Of a stretch of DNA of 64,000 nt, positions 9,901-20,685 are shown one piece after another (position 1 is the first letter of the stretch; each line of letters opens with the position of its first letter). The position numbers were made by a program, and so were the translations under genes. The stretch is taken from assembly GCA_963793425.1 (NCBI GenBank), contig CAWCAG010000009.1:320001-384000 (forward strand), given 5' to 3'. The notes below the pieces were generated by a model, which saw only the letters and a list, made by a program, of their open reading frames with translations, was not told the DNA's origin and searched no databases. This DNA comes from an uncultured cyanobacterium (lineage in GTDB: Bacteria; Cyanobacteriota; Cyanobacteriia; Cyanobacteriales; CAWCAG01).

Positions 9901-11346
9901 ATGGAAATAGAAACACCAAGTTGGGTAAAAAATGCAGTTTTTTACCAAATTTTCCCCGACCGCTTTGCTAAACGCAAAGAACCGAAGTATAAAATTAAAT
10001 ACGATATTCAATTTGAACTTTGGGATAATGCCCCTACCCTTCAAGGCTACAAGGGAGGAGACTTGTGGGGCATAATCGAAAAGCTTGATTATATTAAAGA
10101 TTTAGGCATTGATGCCATTTATTTTACCCCTATTTTCCAATCTACTAGTAACCATCGTTACCATACCCATGACTATTTTCAGGTTGATCCTCTCTTAGGT
10201 GGCAACGAAGCGTTTTTAAGCTTGTTAGAAGAAGCCCATCTTCGTGGCATTAGAGTAGTTATTGATGGAGTATTTAACCACGCTAGTCGAGGTTTTTTCT
10301 ACTTCAACGATATATTAGAAAATGGCCCCAATTCTCCTTGGGTAGACTGGTTCAAAATTGAAGGCTGGCCTGTATCAGCTTATGATGGCAGTAAACCCGC
10401 TAACTATAAAGGTTGGGCTGATAATCGCGCCCTCCCAGAATTTAACCACGATAACCCGAATGTACGGGAATATATCATGCAAATTGCTGAACATTGGTTA
10501 AAAGCTGGTATAGATGGTTGGCGTTTAGATGTTCCTTTTGAAATCCAAACTCAGGGTTTTTGGCAAGAATTCCGTGATCGCACCAAAGCCATTAACCCAG
10601 AAGCCTATATTGTCGGGGAAGTCTGGGGAGATTCTCGCCAGTGGTTAGATGGTACGCAATTTGATGGAGTAATGAATTACCTGTTCACAGGGCCTACCAT
10701 TGCTTTTGCTGCTGGAGAAAGGGTGATTTTAGACTATGTTAAAAATCAAGATTATGATCCCTATCCTGCCCTAGATGCAGCAGGTTACGGGGAGAAAATG
10801 GAAGCTTTACTAGAACTCTATCCCTGGGAAATTCAATTAACTCAACTAAACCTCCTTGCTAGCCATGACACCGCCAGACTATTATCAATTGCTGGGGGCG
10901 ATCGCGATAGTGTTAAGTTAGCAACCCTATTACTTTTAACCTTCCCTGGCGCACCCAGCATCTACTACGGCGACGAGGTTGGTTTAGCTGGGGCAGTAGA
11001 TCCTGATTCTCGTCGCAGTTTCCCTCAAGAAGAAAACTGGGATAAAGAAATACTGGACTGCCACAAACAACTCATTGCTCTGCGCCACCAATATCCGGCC
11101 TTGCGAACAGGAAAATATCAAGTAGTTTATGGGGCAGGGTTAATTTACGCATTTAAGCGCACTTTGGGGGCAGAAGAGTTAGTAATTGCGGTTAATGCCG
11201 ATACAAACTCTGCTACTATTACCATCAAAAAAACCAACCTACAACCCAACACCAGCAAAATACTTTACGGCACTGGGGATTTAAGTTGGGAGGATGGCTA
11301 TATCAACTTAACTTTGCTACCCAGGAGTGGTTGTATTCTTGGTTAA
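9901..11346 (+). CDS. GH13 neopullulanase / cyclomaltodextrinase-like
   Basis: FYQIFPDRF, DGVFNH, DGWRLDV, VGEVW, SHDT. Confidence 0.92.
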   Translation: MEIETPSWVKNAVFYQIFPDRFAKRKEPKYKIKYDIQFELWDNAPTLQGYKGGDLWGIIEKLDYIKDLGIDAIYFTPIFQSTSNHRYHTHDYFQVDPLLGGNEAFLSLLEEAHLRGIRVVIDGVFNHASRGFFYFNDILENGPNSPWVDWFKIEGWPVSAYDGSKPANYKGWADNRALPEFNHDNPNVREYIMQIAEHWLKAGIDGWRLDVPFEIQTQGFWQEFRDRTKAINPEAYIVGEVWGDSRQWLDGTQFDGVMNYLFTGPTIAFAAGERVILDYVKNQDYDPYPALDAAGYGEKMEALLELYPWEIQLTQLNLLASHDTARLLSIAGGDRDSVKLATLLLLTFPGAPSIYYGDEVGLAGAVDPDSRRSFPQEENWDKEILDCHKQLIALRHQYPALRTGKYQVVYGAGLIYAFKRTLGAEELVIAVNADTNSATITIKKTNLQPNTSKILYGTGDLSWEDGYINLTLLPRSGCILG

Positions 11347-11377
11347 GGATGCAAACATTTTTTCTTCTTTTGCTCTC

Positions 11378-11929
11378 ATGAGTCAACAAACTTACCAGAA
11401 AATTCCCTTTGTATGGCAAGAACCTCAATCGCTGGTTAAAGTTCCTTCTCGATTAGAGTTTAAAGTTGCCAAAACCCTGGGCTATGAAGTATTGCTTTCA
11501 ACAGTAGCTCAAGTTATGGAATTATCTCTTGATGCTAGGGATCAAAAGCAAGTCTCGAAATATGGTTCTGATCAAGCTGCTGAAAAGTTTATAACTGAGG
11601 CAAAAGACGGATTTTTCTATCAAGACCAGTGGTGGCAAGTTGGGGTTAATAGTGACAGTAAAGTTGTGGGTTTCATCTTTCCTGTCATCTACGAAAACTC
11701 TACAAAAGATGGTCGGGAAGAAGCGACCATTTACTACATTGGGGTTTTGCCGCAATACCGAGGACAGGGTTTCGGCACTGATTTATTGCTAAAAGGAACA
11801 AGTGTATTGCAAGATGTAGGAGTTTGGAGGGTATTCTGTGACACAGATGTTAATAATATCCCCATGATTTCTACTTTCAAAGAAGTTGGGTATCAGCAAC
11901 ATAGTGAGCCTTATCTTCGCCCCCTATAG
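11378..11929 (+). CDS. GNAT family N-acetyltransferase
   Basis: YIGVLPQYRGQGFG acetyl-CoA motif. Confidence 0.85.
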   Translation: MSQQTYQKIPFVWQEPQSLVKVPSRLEFKVAKTLGYEVLLSTVAQVMELSLDARDQKQVSKYGSDQAAEKFITEAKDGFFYQDQWWQVGVNSDSKVVGFIFPVIYENSTKDGREEATIYYIGVLPQYRGQGFGTDLLLKGTSVLQDVGVWRVFCDTDVNNIPMISTFKEVGYQQHSEPYLRPL

Positions 11930-11941
11930 TACCAAAACAAG

Positions 11942-14179
11942 ATGAAATTTCCCTTCGGTTCTAGTTCCAAACCTCAAACTACTTTACCTCCACCTAATAG
12001 TTCTGGTTTAGGTACTTTTGGAGGAGTATACACTCCTTCTATCCTAACCATTTTAGGCGTAATCATGTACTTACGCTTTGGTTGGGTAGTGGGCAATGTT
12101 GGTTTGATTGGAACCTTAATTATTGTCACCCTCTCTACAGGAATCACCTTTCTGACCTCCTTATCGATTTGTGCCATCGCTACTGATCGGGTAGTAAGAG
12201 TTGGGGGGGCTTATTATATGATTAGCCGTTCCTTGGGTATCGAAACTGGGGGGGCTGTGGGTATTCCTCTTTATTTTGCCCAAGTACTTTCTGTCGCCCT
12301 CTACACCATTGGTTTTGCCGAAAGCGTCAACGCAACCTATCCTTTTTTGAATCAGCTTTACGTTGCTTTGGCTGTGACTGTTGGTGTAGCTGTCCTGGCT
12401 ATCACCTCAGCTAGCGTAGCCATTCGCGCCCAATATGTAATTATGGCTGCGATCGTCCTTTCCCTTGTCTCCTTCGCTTTTGGTAAGCCCTTAGAAGCTA
12501 CCCAAGTAGAAATGTGGGGAGTTCCCGAAGCAGCAGCCGAACCTTTTTGGACTGTTTTTGCAGTCTTTTTCCCTGCTGTTACGGGTATCATGGCTGGGGT
12601 TAATATGTCTGGGGACTTGAAAGATCCGATCCGTTCTATTCCTAGAGGTACTTTAGCTGCTGTCGCCACAGGCTATGTCATTTACATGATCTTACCTGTG
12701 GTTTTAGCCATGCGTGCCGATGCCCGTACATTGGTAGAAGAGCCCCTAATCATGCAACAAATTGCTTTTTGGGGCCCAGCTATTCTTTTAGGGGTTTGGG
12801 GGGCAACCCTTTCTAGTGCTTTGGGTAGCATCCTTGGTGCGCCTCGTGTCTTACAGGCACTGGCGAGGGATGGGGTTTTGCCCAAATGGATGGGTTTTTT
12901 AGGTCAAGGCAGTGGCCCTGACGATGAACCTCGCATCGGTACAGCAGTTAGTTTAGGAGTTGCGATCGCAGCGGTATGTATTAATAAGTTGGACTTAATT
13001 GCCCCGGTGTTGACGATGTTTTTCCTCACCACCTACTTTGTCTTAAACATCTCCGCAGGCATTGAAGGTTTCCTGCAAAGTCCTTCTTTCCGTCCTTCTT
13101 TTCGTGTTCACTGGTCTTTATCCTTATTAGGGGCGGTGGGCTGTTTAGTAGTGATGTTTTTGATTAATCCCATTGCTACAGTTGCTGCAGCTATTGTTGT
13201 TCTCGCCATTTATCTTTGGCTACAACAGCGGGAATTGCGGACTGCCTGGGGGGATGTACGCCGGGGCATTTGGATGGCTTTGCTACGCCAAGGCATCTTT
13301 GAAATTGGTAATACTGAAGACCCAAAAAACTGGCGGCCTCACCTCCTTGTCCTTTCTGGCATACCAACCAAACGCTGGCCTCTCATTGAATTAGCAGATG
13401 CCATTACCCATAACCGGGGTTTAATTACTGTCTCTAGCATTTTACCTAGCAATAGCCGAAATGTTGCCCAACAAAGCGATAGTGAAGCGAAAATTCGGGA
13501 TTATTTAGAAAAGCGGGGAGTACAAGCATTAGTGCGTTTAGTTACGGCCCCCGACCCCTTTGTGGGTGTAGAAAAGCTGGTAGAAACCTATGGACTGGGG
13601 CCTTTGGTTCCTAACACAATTCTACTGGGGGATAGCGAGTCTCCTGATAATCGAGAAAGCTATTGCAACACCATTGCTAAAATACATCGTGCCAGACGCA
13701 ATGTGATTATCCTGCGAGAAGCCAAAAATCGCCCCCCTGAAGCACCTTGTTTTGGTCGTCGCCGCCGTATAGATGTTTGGTGGGGAGGTAGCGTTCAATC
13801 TAATGGTGGTTTGATGTTGTTGCTTGCTTACTTGTTGCGTACCAACATTGATTGGAGAGATGCGACTGTTTATCTTAAGCTAGTTGTATCCGATGAAAAT
13901 GCAGCCCAAGCTGCGAAGCAAAATCTTGATACTATGGTGGCAAAGCTAAGAATCGGTGCTAACTCACAAATTTTAGTGGCTGAAGGACGTTCTTTTGAGG
14001 AAATTTTGCATGAGTCCTCCCAATCCGCAGACTTGATTTTTCTTGGGGTTGCAGAACCTAATGAAGATTTTAGCGATTATTATCAAAGCTTGCAAAACAA
14101 AACTAATGATTTACCAACAACAGTTTTTGTCCTTGCTGCCTCCGATTTTGCTTTTGAAGAGGTTTTGAGCGATAGTTGA
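11942..14179 (+). CDS. Cation-chloride cotransporter (SLC12-like amino acid permease family)
   Basis: LGTFGGVYTPSILTILGVIMYLRFGW, FFPAVTGIMAG, KNWRP, DVWWGG. Confidence 0.9.
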   Translation: MKFPFGSSSKPQTTLPPPNSSGLGTFGGVYTPSILTILGVIMYLRFGWVVGNVGLIGTLIIVTLSTGITFLTSLSICAIATDRVVRVGGAYYMISRSLGIETGGAVGIPLYFAQVLSVALYTIGFAESVNATYPFLNQLYVALAVTVGVAVLAITSASVAIRAQYVIMAAIVLSLVSFAFGKPLEATQVEMWGVPEAAAEPFWTVFAVFFPAVTGIMAGVNMSGDLKDPIRSIPRGTLAAVATGYVIYMILPVVLAMRADARTLVEEPLIMQQIAFWGPAILLGVWGATLSSALGSILGAPRVLQALARDGVLPKWMGFLGQGSGPDDEPRIGTAVSLGVAIAAVCINKLDLIAPVLTMFFLTTYFVLNISAGIEGFLQSPSFRPSFRVHWSLSLLGAVGCLVVMFLINPIATVAAAIVVLAIYLWLQQRELRTAWGDVRRGIWMALLRQGIFEIGNTEDPKNWRPHLLVLSGIPTKRWPLIELADAITHNRGLITVSSILPSNSRNVAQQSDSEAKIRDYLEKRGVQALVRLVTAPDPFVGVEKLVETYGLGPLVPNTILLGDSESPDNRESYCNTIAKIHRARRNVIILREAKNRPPEAPCFGRRRRIDVWWGGSVQSNGGLMLLLAYLLRTNIDWRDATVYLKLVVSDENAAQAAKQNLDTMVAKLRIGANSQILVAEGRSFEEILHESSQSADLIFLGVAEPNEDFSDYYQSLQNKTNDLPTTVFVLAASDFAFEEVLSDS

Positions 14180-14222
14180 AGTTGCGCTTTGGCGCTTTGG
14201 CTAATTGCTAGTTGTTTTGAAA

Positions 14223-15128
14223 ATGATAAGTGATAAATGTTTGATTGTTTTGATGGCTTGTAGTTTGCACTTTAGTATTTGCCCCCTGGCTAAAGCAGAA
14301 ACGATTGCCACCCAAGATGGTAGTCGTTGTGAAGGAGAATTTAATGCCAATTCACTTACTGGCAAAGGAGTTTGTGAATATGAAAATGGTGATCGCTATG
14401 AGGGAAACTTAGTTGCAGGAAAGCAGGATGGACAAGGAACTTATGTTTTTGCCAATGGGGACAAATATGTAGGGGAATTTGTTGAGGGGGAAATTTCTGG
14501 TCAGGGGGTACGAGAATATGCGAATGGCCATCGCTATGAGGGAGAGTTTCAAGCTGGTTTACCCCAAGGACAAGGAGTTTATGTTTTTCCTTATGGAGGC
14601 GGTTATCAAGGGGAATTTGCGGCCGGGGAACCCACAGGGAAAGGTATTTATATTTATAAAAACGGCGATCGCTGTTTTGGTGAAAAGTTGCCTGGGCTTA
14701 ATGGGTTGGGGCAATGTGAATATAACAACGGGGATAAGTATCAAGGGGCTTTAGTTGCAGGCAAGCCTGATGGGGAAGGGGTTTATCTTTTTGCCAATGG
14801 GGACAGATATGAGGGGGAATTTCAAGCAGGAAAGTTTAGTGGTTCAGGAATTTATATTTTTAGCAACGGCGATCGCTATGCAGGGAATTTTAGCAATGCT
14901 CAATTTAATGGTCAAGGTGATTTTATTTCTCAAAGTGGTGACCGTTGTACAGGGCAGTTTAGAGATGGCAATCTCCAAGGGGAAGGGGTTTGTGAATATG
15001 CTAGTGGAGACAAATATGCAGGAGAATTTCAGGGAGGTAAAAGAAATGGGGCAGGAGTTTATACTTTTGCCGACGGCAAGACTTTAGAGGGGACTTGGCA
15101 AGATGGGTTGGTGATTGATAATAAATAA
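14223..15128 (+). CDS. Secreted MORN-repeat protein
   Basis: Signal peptide followed by many YEGEF..G...GQG.Y...NGD repeats. Confidence 0.9.
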   Translation: MISDKCLIVLMACSLHFSICPLAKAETIATQDGSRCEGEFNANSLTGKGVCEYENGDRYEGNLVAGKQDGQGTYVFANGDKYVGEFVEGEISGQGVREYANGHRYEGEFQAGLPQGQGVYVFPYGGGYQGEFAAGEPTGKGIYIYKNGDRCFGEKLPGLNGLGQCEYNNGDKYQGALVAGKPDGEGVYLFANGDRYEGEFQAGKFSGSGIYIFSNGDRYAGNFSNAQFNGQGDFISQSGDRCTGQFRDGNLQGEGVCEYASGDKYAGEFQGGKRNGAGVYTFADGKTLEGTWQDGLVIDNK

Positions 15129-15227
15129 TTGATAATTATTTGATTCGTATTACTTTTGCCGTCATTGCTAATATACTTAGTGGTTTAAGCAGTTCAAGCA
15201 GTTCAAAGACTTGGGAGAATTCAAAAA

Positions 15228-16562
15228 GTGAGTGTCGCCTTAGCCCCAACCCTTTTAGAAAAAGATGAAGCTTTAAACCTCATCGAAACAACCATCAAAA
15301 AATCCCAAGCTGAAGGTATCTTCGTTAAGTTAACTCAGAACGCATCTACCCTCAGTCGCTTTTGTGAAAATCAAATTAGCCAAAATATTAACTGCGATCG
15401 CTTCACCCTAGAAATTACTAGTTATTTTGGTAAGCGTAGTGCTTCTGCTGCCACCACAGAACTTGATGAAGCAGCGATTGCCCAAGCAATTAAACGTTCC
15501 GAAGAGTTAGCAGAATTTGCCCCGGAAGATCCAGAATGGGTTGAGTTACTCCCGCCCCAAACCTACCAACAGCATACCCCAGCTTTCAATGAGAGAACCG
15601 CAACTCTTTCTCCTTTAACTAGAGGAAAAATGGTGAAGCGAGTTTGTGCAATGAGCGCTAAAGTGGGGGTTAATGCTTCTGGAACCCTTAGCACCGATAC
15701 ATATCTTAAAGCAGTGGGAAACTCCCTAGGATTAAGGGCTTGCGATCGCACCACAAAAGCAGATTTTAGTTTCACCGCTAAAAGTGGTGATGGTTCTAGT
15801 TGGGGGCATAATACTGCTTTTGCTATGTCCAATTTACCCATTGAAAAGATTACTGAAGAAGTAATCGAAAGGGCCTTAGCTTCCCGTCATCCCCGCGCTA
15901 TTTCCCCAGGAATCTACCCCGTGGTTTTCAATGGGGCAGCATTCGCCTCTCTGTTGCCTTGGGTGACTTGGAACTTGGATGCTAGGGCAGCAGACGAGGG
16001 GCGTTCCTTTATGGCGGGTAAAGATGGTTCTGGCAACCGCTTAGGAGAACAAATGTTTAGCCCTTTGGTGCAGGTGAAGCGAGATCCTCATCATCCTTTA
16101 ATTCAAGGAAGCACTTTTTTCTCGGATGGTTTGAGTAATAATCCTTTAACTATTATCCAAGATGGCATTCCCAAAACCTTAGCTTACAGTCGTTATTGGG
16201 GGCAGCGTCAAGGGCAACAAGCAACGGGAGGGCTTTACCCCATTGTTATGGCAGGTTCTCACCAAAGTTTAGCAGACTTAATTGCTCAAACTGAGCGAGG
16301 AATTTTTGTTAATCGGGCTTGGTATGTGCGTTATGTTAATCCTCGTACCTTAGAAGTGACAGGTATGACTCGTGACGGTACTTTCTGGATTGAAGATGGT
16401 AAAATCGCCTATCCCATTAAGAATTTGCGCTTCAATCAGCTTTTGCCACAAATGCTAGCCGATGTGGAAGGAGTTAGTCGGGTACAACGTTTTGATAATA
16501 CAGTGGTTCCGGGAGTTAAAGTTAAAGCTTTTAATTTTAGTAGTGTTACTGATAGTGTATAA
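15228..16562 (+). CDS. TldE/PmbA family protein
   Basis: TGMTRDGTFWIEDGKI..PIKNLRFN; no HExxxH. Confidence 0.88.
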   Translation: MSVALAPTLLEKDEALNLIETTIKKSQAEGIFVKLTQNASTLSRFCENQISQNINCDRFTLEITSYFGKRSASAATTELDEAAIAQAIKRSEELAEFAPEDPEWVELLPPQTYQQHTPAFNERTATLSPLTRGKMVKRVCAMSAKVGVNASGTLSTDTYLKAVGNSLGLRACDRTTKADFSFTAKSGDGSSWGHNTAFAMSNLPIEKITEEVIERALASRHPRAISPGIYPVVFNGAAFASLLPWVTWNLDARAADEGRSFMAGKDGSGNRLGEQMFSPLVQVKRDPHHPLIQGSTFFSDGLSNNPLTIIQDGIPKTLAYSRYWGQRQGQQATGGLYPIVMAGSHQSLADLIAQTERGIFVNRAWYVRYVNPRTLEVTGMTRDGTFWIEDGKIAYPIKNLRFNQLLPQMLADVEGVSRVQRFDNTVVPGVKVKAFNFSSVTDSV

Positions 16563-16600
16563 AAGGGAGCAGAAGAATAATTTATTTAAAATCTAGATTA

Positions 16601-16960
16601 TTATTCTTCTAATGTCTTTAAATAAGCCCGAATTTGCGGAGATAATTTAATCACAATTTCTCTAACTTGATTGATTTCTGTTGCAGTTAAAAGATTGCGA
16701 GCGTAAGCTATTCTCAACCAATGAATAGTTTCGTATAAAGAACCCTTAGCAAGCTGCACAAAGCGTCTATTTTCTACTAAGTTACTGCGGCCATTCCCTT
16801 CTGCTATCCTCGCCCCAATTCTGTCTGCTGCATTAACTAAGCTTTTCCCCACCGTATCTTGGGCAAAAAAATCCCAATTTTTAACAAGAGTCCAAACCTC
16901 ATTAGCAAGTTGTTCTGCTAGCTGATAGACTGGCAAGTTCTCGAAAGTTTGTTTAGCCAT
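16601..16960 (-). CDS. Four-helix bundle protein (23S rRNA IVP-like family)
   Basis: FENLPVYQLAEQL, IGARIAEGNGR, AKGSLYET.HWL. Confidence 0.88.
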   Translation of the reverse strand: MAKQTFENLPVYQLAEQLANEVWTLVKNWDFFAQDTVGKSLVNAADRIGARIAEGNGRSNLVENRRFVQLAKGSLYETIHWLRIAYARNLLTATEINQVREIVIKLSPQIRAYLKTLEE

Positions 16961-17235
16961 AAATTAATTCAGTTATCAGTTCCAATGAGTGGTAGTTAGA
17001 CTGGTTGCTTGTCTTGTTCAATTACTTGACAAATGCTACACTATTCTAACTTGTCATCAATGGGTAATAAGCATTTAAACGACAGATCGTTAAATTAGTA
17101 AATAGTAAATAGTTCCGTAAATTCTTGTCTACTCCTTGTAGCCTACAGCAACCCTAGGCGTTTGCGCGTCTGGTGCAAAGGGAACCCTAGCCCGAAATAG
17201 ATAATTCTCAAGGCTAAACGGCTTACTTATCGTTT

Positions 17236-18984
17236 ATGAATAGACCTGTTATTATTTGTGTTGATGATGAACCAATTATCTTAGAGAGCTTGGCAAGAGA
17301 ATTATACCAAGTTTTGGGGGATGATTATCTCATTGAAACTGTAGAAACTGGGGAAGAAGCATTAGAGCTAGTTGAAGAATTTTTAGCAGAAAAGTATCAT
17401 ATTCCCCTAGTTTTGTCTGATTATATTATGCCCAATATTAAGGGGGATGAATTACTCAAACGTATTCATGAAATTGCGCCTCAAACCTTAAAAATTTTAC
17501 TTACAGGGCAAGCTAGTGTTGAAGCAATCGGTAATGGGATTAAGTATGCTAATCTATATCGTTATCTAGCTAAACCTTGGCAACAAGAAGACCTTAGTTT
17601 GACTGTTACTCAAGCGATTCATAGTTATTTCCAAACCCAAAAATTAGCTGAGCAAACCCTCGAACTTCAGCGATTAAATCAGCAGCAAGCAAAACTAATT
17701 ACTCAACTCAATGAAAACAGAAATCGCTTAATTCAATTTTTAGAAGCGATACCTGTGGGAGTGGGGGTAATGGATGCAGAAGGTAAACCTTATTATGTTA
17801 ACCAAAAAGCTCAAGAATTATTAGGTAAAGGTATTTCTCCAGAGGTTAATTATCAGAATTTAGCCCAAACTTATCAGGTTTATAAAGCAGGAACAAACCA
17901 AATTTATCCAGCAGAAGAATTTCCGATTGTTAAAGCCTTGCAGGGAGAAGCGTCTATGGCAGATGATTTAGAAATTCACTTGGATAATAAAGTTATTCCC
18001 ATCGAAACTTGGGCAACACCAATTTATGATCAACAAGGGAATGTTATTTATGGCATTAATGTTATGCAAGATATTAGCGATCGCCAAAAAGCTGAGTTAG
18101 AAAGGGCTAAATTTACTCACGAACTTTTTGAGCTTAATCTTGCTAATGAACGCTTTGTTCCTCGGCAGTTTCTGCAACTATTAAATAAGCAAAGTATTGT
18201 TGATGTGGAATTGGGAGAGTCGGTACAACAGGAAATGTCAGTGCTTTTTGCGGATATTCGTAACTTTACTACCCTAAGTGAAAAGATGACTCCCCAAGAT
18301 AATTTTAAGTTTATTAATTCCTATTTCCTTTGTATGGAACCAGCAATTATTAATAATAATGGTTTCATTGATAAATATATTGGCGATGCGATTATGGCTC
18401 TTTTTGGGGGTAGTGCCGATGAAGCGATGCAAGCTGGTTTAGCAATGTTGAATTTGTTAGCTGAATTTAATGATAACAACCCGCATTTAGATAATTTACC
18501 TGTACAAATTGGTGTTGGCATTAATACAGGTTCTTTAATGTTAGGAGTTGTGGGAGGACAATTTAGAATGGATAGTACTGTAATTAGCGATGCAGTTAAT
18601 TTAGCTTCTCGTATCGAGAAATTAACGAGAGAATATCAGGCATCCTTTTTGATTTCTCACCATACTTTCTCCCGCCTTGAAAATCCAGAAGATTATGCTT
18701 TACGCCGCATTGCGAAAGTAAGGGTTAAGGGTAAGTTAGAAGAGGTGACTGTTTATGAAGTTTGTGCGGCTGATTTACCAGAAGTTAGGGAGAAAAAGTT
18801 AGCGACAAAGGAGTTATTTTCTCAAGCTTTAGGTTTTTATGAATGTCAATCTTTTTTAGCAGCAAAACGCTTGTTTCAAGAATGTTTAAAGCAAAATTCT
18901 CAAGATAAAGTAGCGCAAGTTTATTTAAAAAGTTGCTGGGGACAATCTAATTTTTTAGGGGAAGTTCTTGGCTGCGATCGCTAA
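17236..18984 (+). CDS. Receiver-PAS-class III adenylate/guanylate cyclase
   Basis: ICVDDE receiver, PAS, VLFADIRNFT, DKYIGDAIM, SDAVNLASRIE. Confidence 0.92.
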   Translation: MNRPVIICVDDEPIILESLARELYQVLGDDYLIETVETGEEALELVEEFLAEKYHIPLVLSDYIMPNIKGDELLKRIHEIAPQTLKILLTGQASVEAIGNGIKYANLYRYLAKPWQQEDLSLTVTQAIHSYFQTQKLAEQTLELQRLNQQQAKLITQLNENRNRLIQFLEAIPVGVGVMDAEGKPYYVNQKAQELLGKGISPEVNYQNLAQTYQVYKAGTNQIYPAEEFPIVKALQGEASMADDLEIHLDNKVIPIETWATPIYDQQGNVIYGINVMQDISDRQKAELERAKFTHELFELNLANERFVPRQFLQLLNKQSIVDVELGESVQQEMSVLFADIRNFTTLSEKMTPQDNFKFINSYFLCMEPAIINNNGFIDKYIGDAIMALFGGSADEAMQAGLAMLNLLAEFNDNNPHLDNLPVQIGVGINTGSLMLGVVGGQFRMDSTVISDAVNLASRIEKLTREYQASFLISHHTFSRLENPEDYALRRIAKVRVKGKLEEVTVYEVCAADLPEVREKKLATKELFSQALGFYECQSFLAAKRLFQECLKQNSQDKVAQVYLKSCWGQSNFLGEVLGCDR

Positions 18985-19329
18985 ACAGCCCCAACCAATT
19001 AAAAAAGCCACACCACCTAGAGGAGTAATTGCTCCTAACCACTTAATTCCGGTTAAACTTAAGGCATATAAACTACCAGAAAAAATCACCACTCCAGTAA
19101 TAAAAGCGATTCCAGAAATAGTTAAAGATAAAGAGTTTTCTGTTTGAGTTAATAACAAAGCCACCAACAACAAAGCTAGGGCATGGTACATTTGGTATTT
19201 AGTACCCGTCTCAAAGATTTCTAAGGCGCGATCGCTTAATTGAGTTTTTAAAGCATGGCTAGCAAATGCCCCTCCCGCCACAGATAAGCCACCTAGAATT
19301 GCGGCAATAGTTAAGAATATTTTCGTCAT
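18955..19329 (-). CDS. DUF423 family membrane protein
   Basis: GAFASH, YQMYHAL, FSGSLY, GAITPLGG. Confidence 0.9.
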   Translation of the reverse strand: MTKIFLTIAAILGGLSVAGGAFASHALKTQLSDRALEIFETGTKYQMYHALALLLVALLLTQTENSLSLTISGIAFITGVVIFSGSLYALSLTGIKWLGAITPLGGVAFLIGWGCLAIAAKNFP

Positions 19330-19361
19330 CAAATTAGTTTAATCCTTTATTCCTTATAATT

Positions 19362-19387
19362 AAAAAAAAGCCCGTATAACGGACTTT
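19362..19387 (-). terminator. Rho-independent terminator downstream of the HCP gene
   Basis: Minus strand AAAGTCCGT-TAT-ACGGGCTTTTTTTT (stem plus U-tract). Confidence 0.7.
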
Positions 19388-19465
19388 GCATAGTTTAAAC
19401 TAAAAATTAAATTCAAGTTGAACAGCAAATAGGAGCAAAGACATCTGTAGTATCTTTGATATATC

Positions 19466-19948
19466 CTAAACCTCTGCGCCGGATTTTGGCTCTGCACCAG
19501 CCCCAACTACAGCATCTCTGAGGACAGTAATTTGTTGCTGAAACTCCATTGCTTCAATCTGAGATAGAACTTGATTGACACTACCACTAGGCTTATAATC
19601 ATCCGGTACAGGAACAATTGTTCCTGCATCCATTCCCTGTGCCAAACGATACCAGAAGTATAATTTAGTGTTTTCGCTTAAGGAACCATACTCACGGGAA
19701 ATAAGAGTATCTTGCCCTTCAATAATCTTACGTTGTGCATCCAGTTGTTCTTCAAAAGACAACTCTTTAACTTGATCAAACAATCCTTCAGCAATTTTGT
19801 CTCCGGCTGCCCCAGGTGCGGCGGGGGTTACGGATGTTCCCATCTTCTTGTAAACATACCAAAGAAGAGCTAATTTTTCATCTGTAGATAGGTTACTATA
19901 GCTGCTTAATACGCCATCAACACTTTGTTCTGAACTAGCTGTACCCAT
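19466..19948 (-). CDS. Helical carotenoid protein (OCP N-terminal domain homolog)
   Basis: DEKLALLWY, TPAAPGAA, ISREYGSLSENTKL.FWYRLAQGM. Confidence 0.92.
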   Translation of the reverse strand: MGTASSEQSVDGVLSSYSNLSTDEKLALLWYVYKKMGTSVTPAAPGAAGDKIAEGLFDQVKELSFEEQLDAQRKIIEGQDTLISREYGSLSENTKLYFWYRLAQGMDAGTIVPVPDDYKPSGSVNQVLSQIEAMEFQQQITVLRDAVVGAGAEPKSGAEV

Positions 19949-20170
19949 ATTATTAATTAATCTCCGATTTCATATTTTTTTTGAAGCTTTAATTCTTTAA
20001 AGCTATCAACATTCAACCTAATTAATTTTCTAGTTTATAGAGAACTGTATAAAGGTAGAGAACCGTTTGAACTGATATTTAACTTTTGATAGAGACTTTA
20101 AACATTAATTATTTAGCAATCTATTTCTTATTGCTTATAGCCAATTTCTTAACTTGACTTAACCACACTT

Positions 20171-20581
20171 TTATTGTAGACCTAATAATTCCTGTGGTGA
20201 TGCCAGTAACTTAATCTTAATCGTCGTAATTTGCTGATCTGAATTTAAACAGAAATGCCAAGCGACATTAACGCTAAACAAAGGAGTTTTAACCTTTCCT
20301 GTCACCTTAATCGTTTCTAAATCATCTTCATTTAACTCGTATATTCCTTGTTGTGGCAATAACTTCATCCCCTTAGCTTCCTTGCTTAAATAAGATGCGA
20401 TCGCCTCCTTCCCAAGGATAGGTTTTTCAAAGGGTGCTAATAATTCTCCTTCTTCAGCAAATAAAGCGGCAGTTTCAATAAATTTTCCGTGGTTAATGGT
20501 GACAAAGTAGTTGATAATAACTGGCTCTTCTATATTTTCAATTGTGATAAAATCTTCTGTTTGGGTTTCGATAGAACTCAT
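20171..20581 (-). CDS. NTF2-like OCP C-terminal domain homolog (CTDH)
   Basis: ALFAEEG.L.APFE.PI.G, VTGKVKTPLFSVNVAW.F, KLLASPQEL; adjacent to HCP. Confidence 0.88.
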   Translation of the reverse strand: MSSIETQTEDFITIENIEEPVIINYFVTINHGKFIETAALFAEEGELLAPFEKPILGKEAIASYLSKEAKGMKLLPQQGIYELNEDDLETIKVTGKVKTPLFSVNVAWHFCLNSDQQITTIKIKLLASPQELLGLQ

Positions 20582-20685
20582 ATAACTAATAGTTTTAGTT
20601 TCTTTAGTTATAAATTAAATTGGGTGAAATCGCTTCAAACTTTGACCAAAGATATGACAATAGAGGTACAGATAATTATCGTGAA

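Noticed and set aside
14479..15087. Alternative-frame ORFs inside the MORN gene
   Set aside because: By-products of repetitive coding sequence.
16601..16960. Four-helix bundle gene as the Avd of a DGR together with the RT
   Set aside because: 35 kb from the RT, no TR/VR pair with adenine-specific mismatches seen, and the RT lacks DGR features.
17120..17230. c-di-GMP or other known riboswitch upstream of the cyclase
   Set aside because: Could not match the consensus of any riboswitch I know; kept only as a low-interest structured element.
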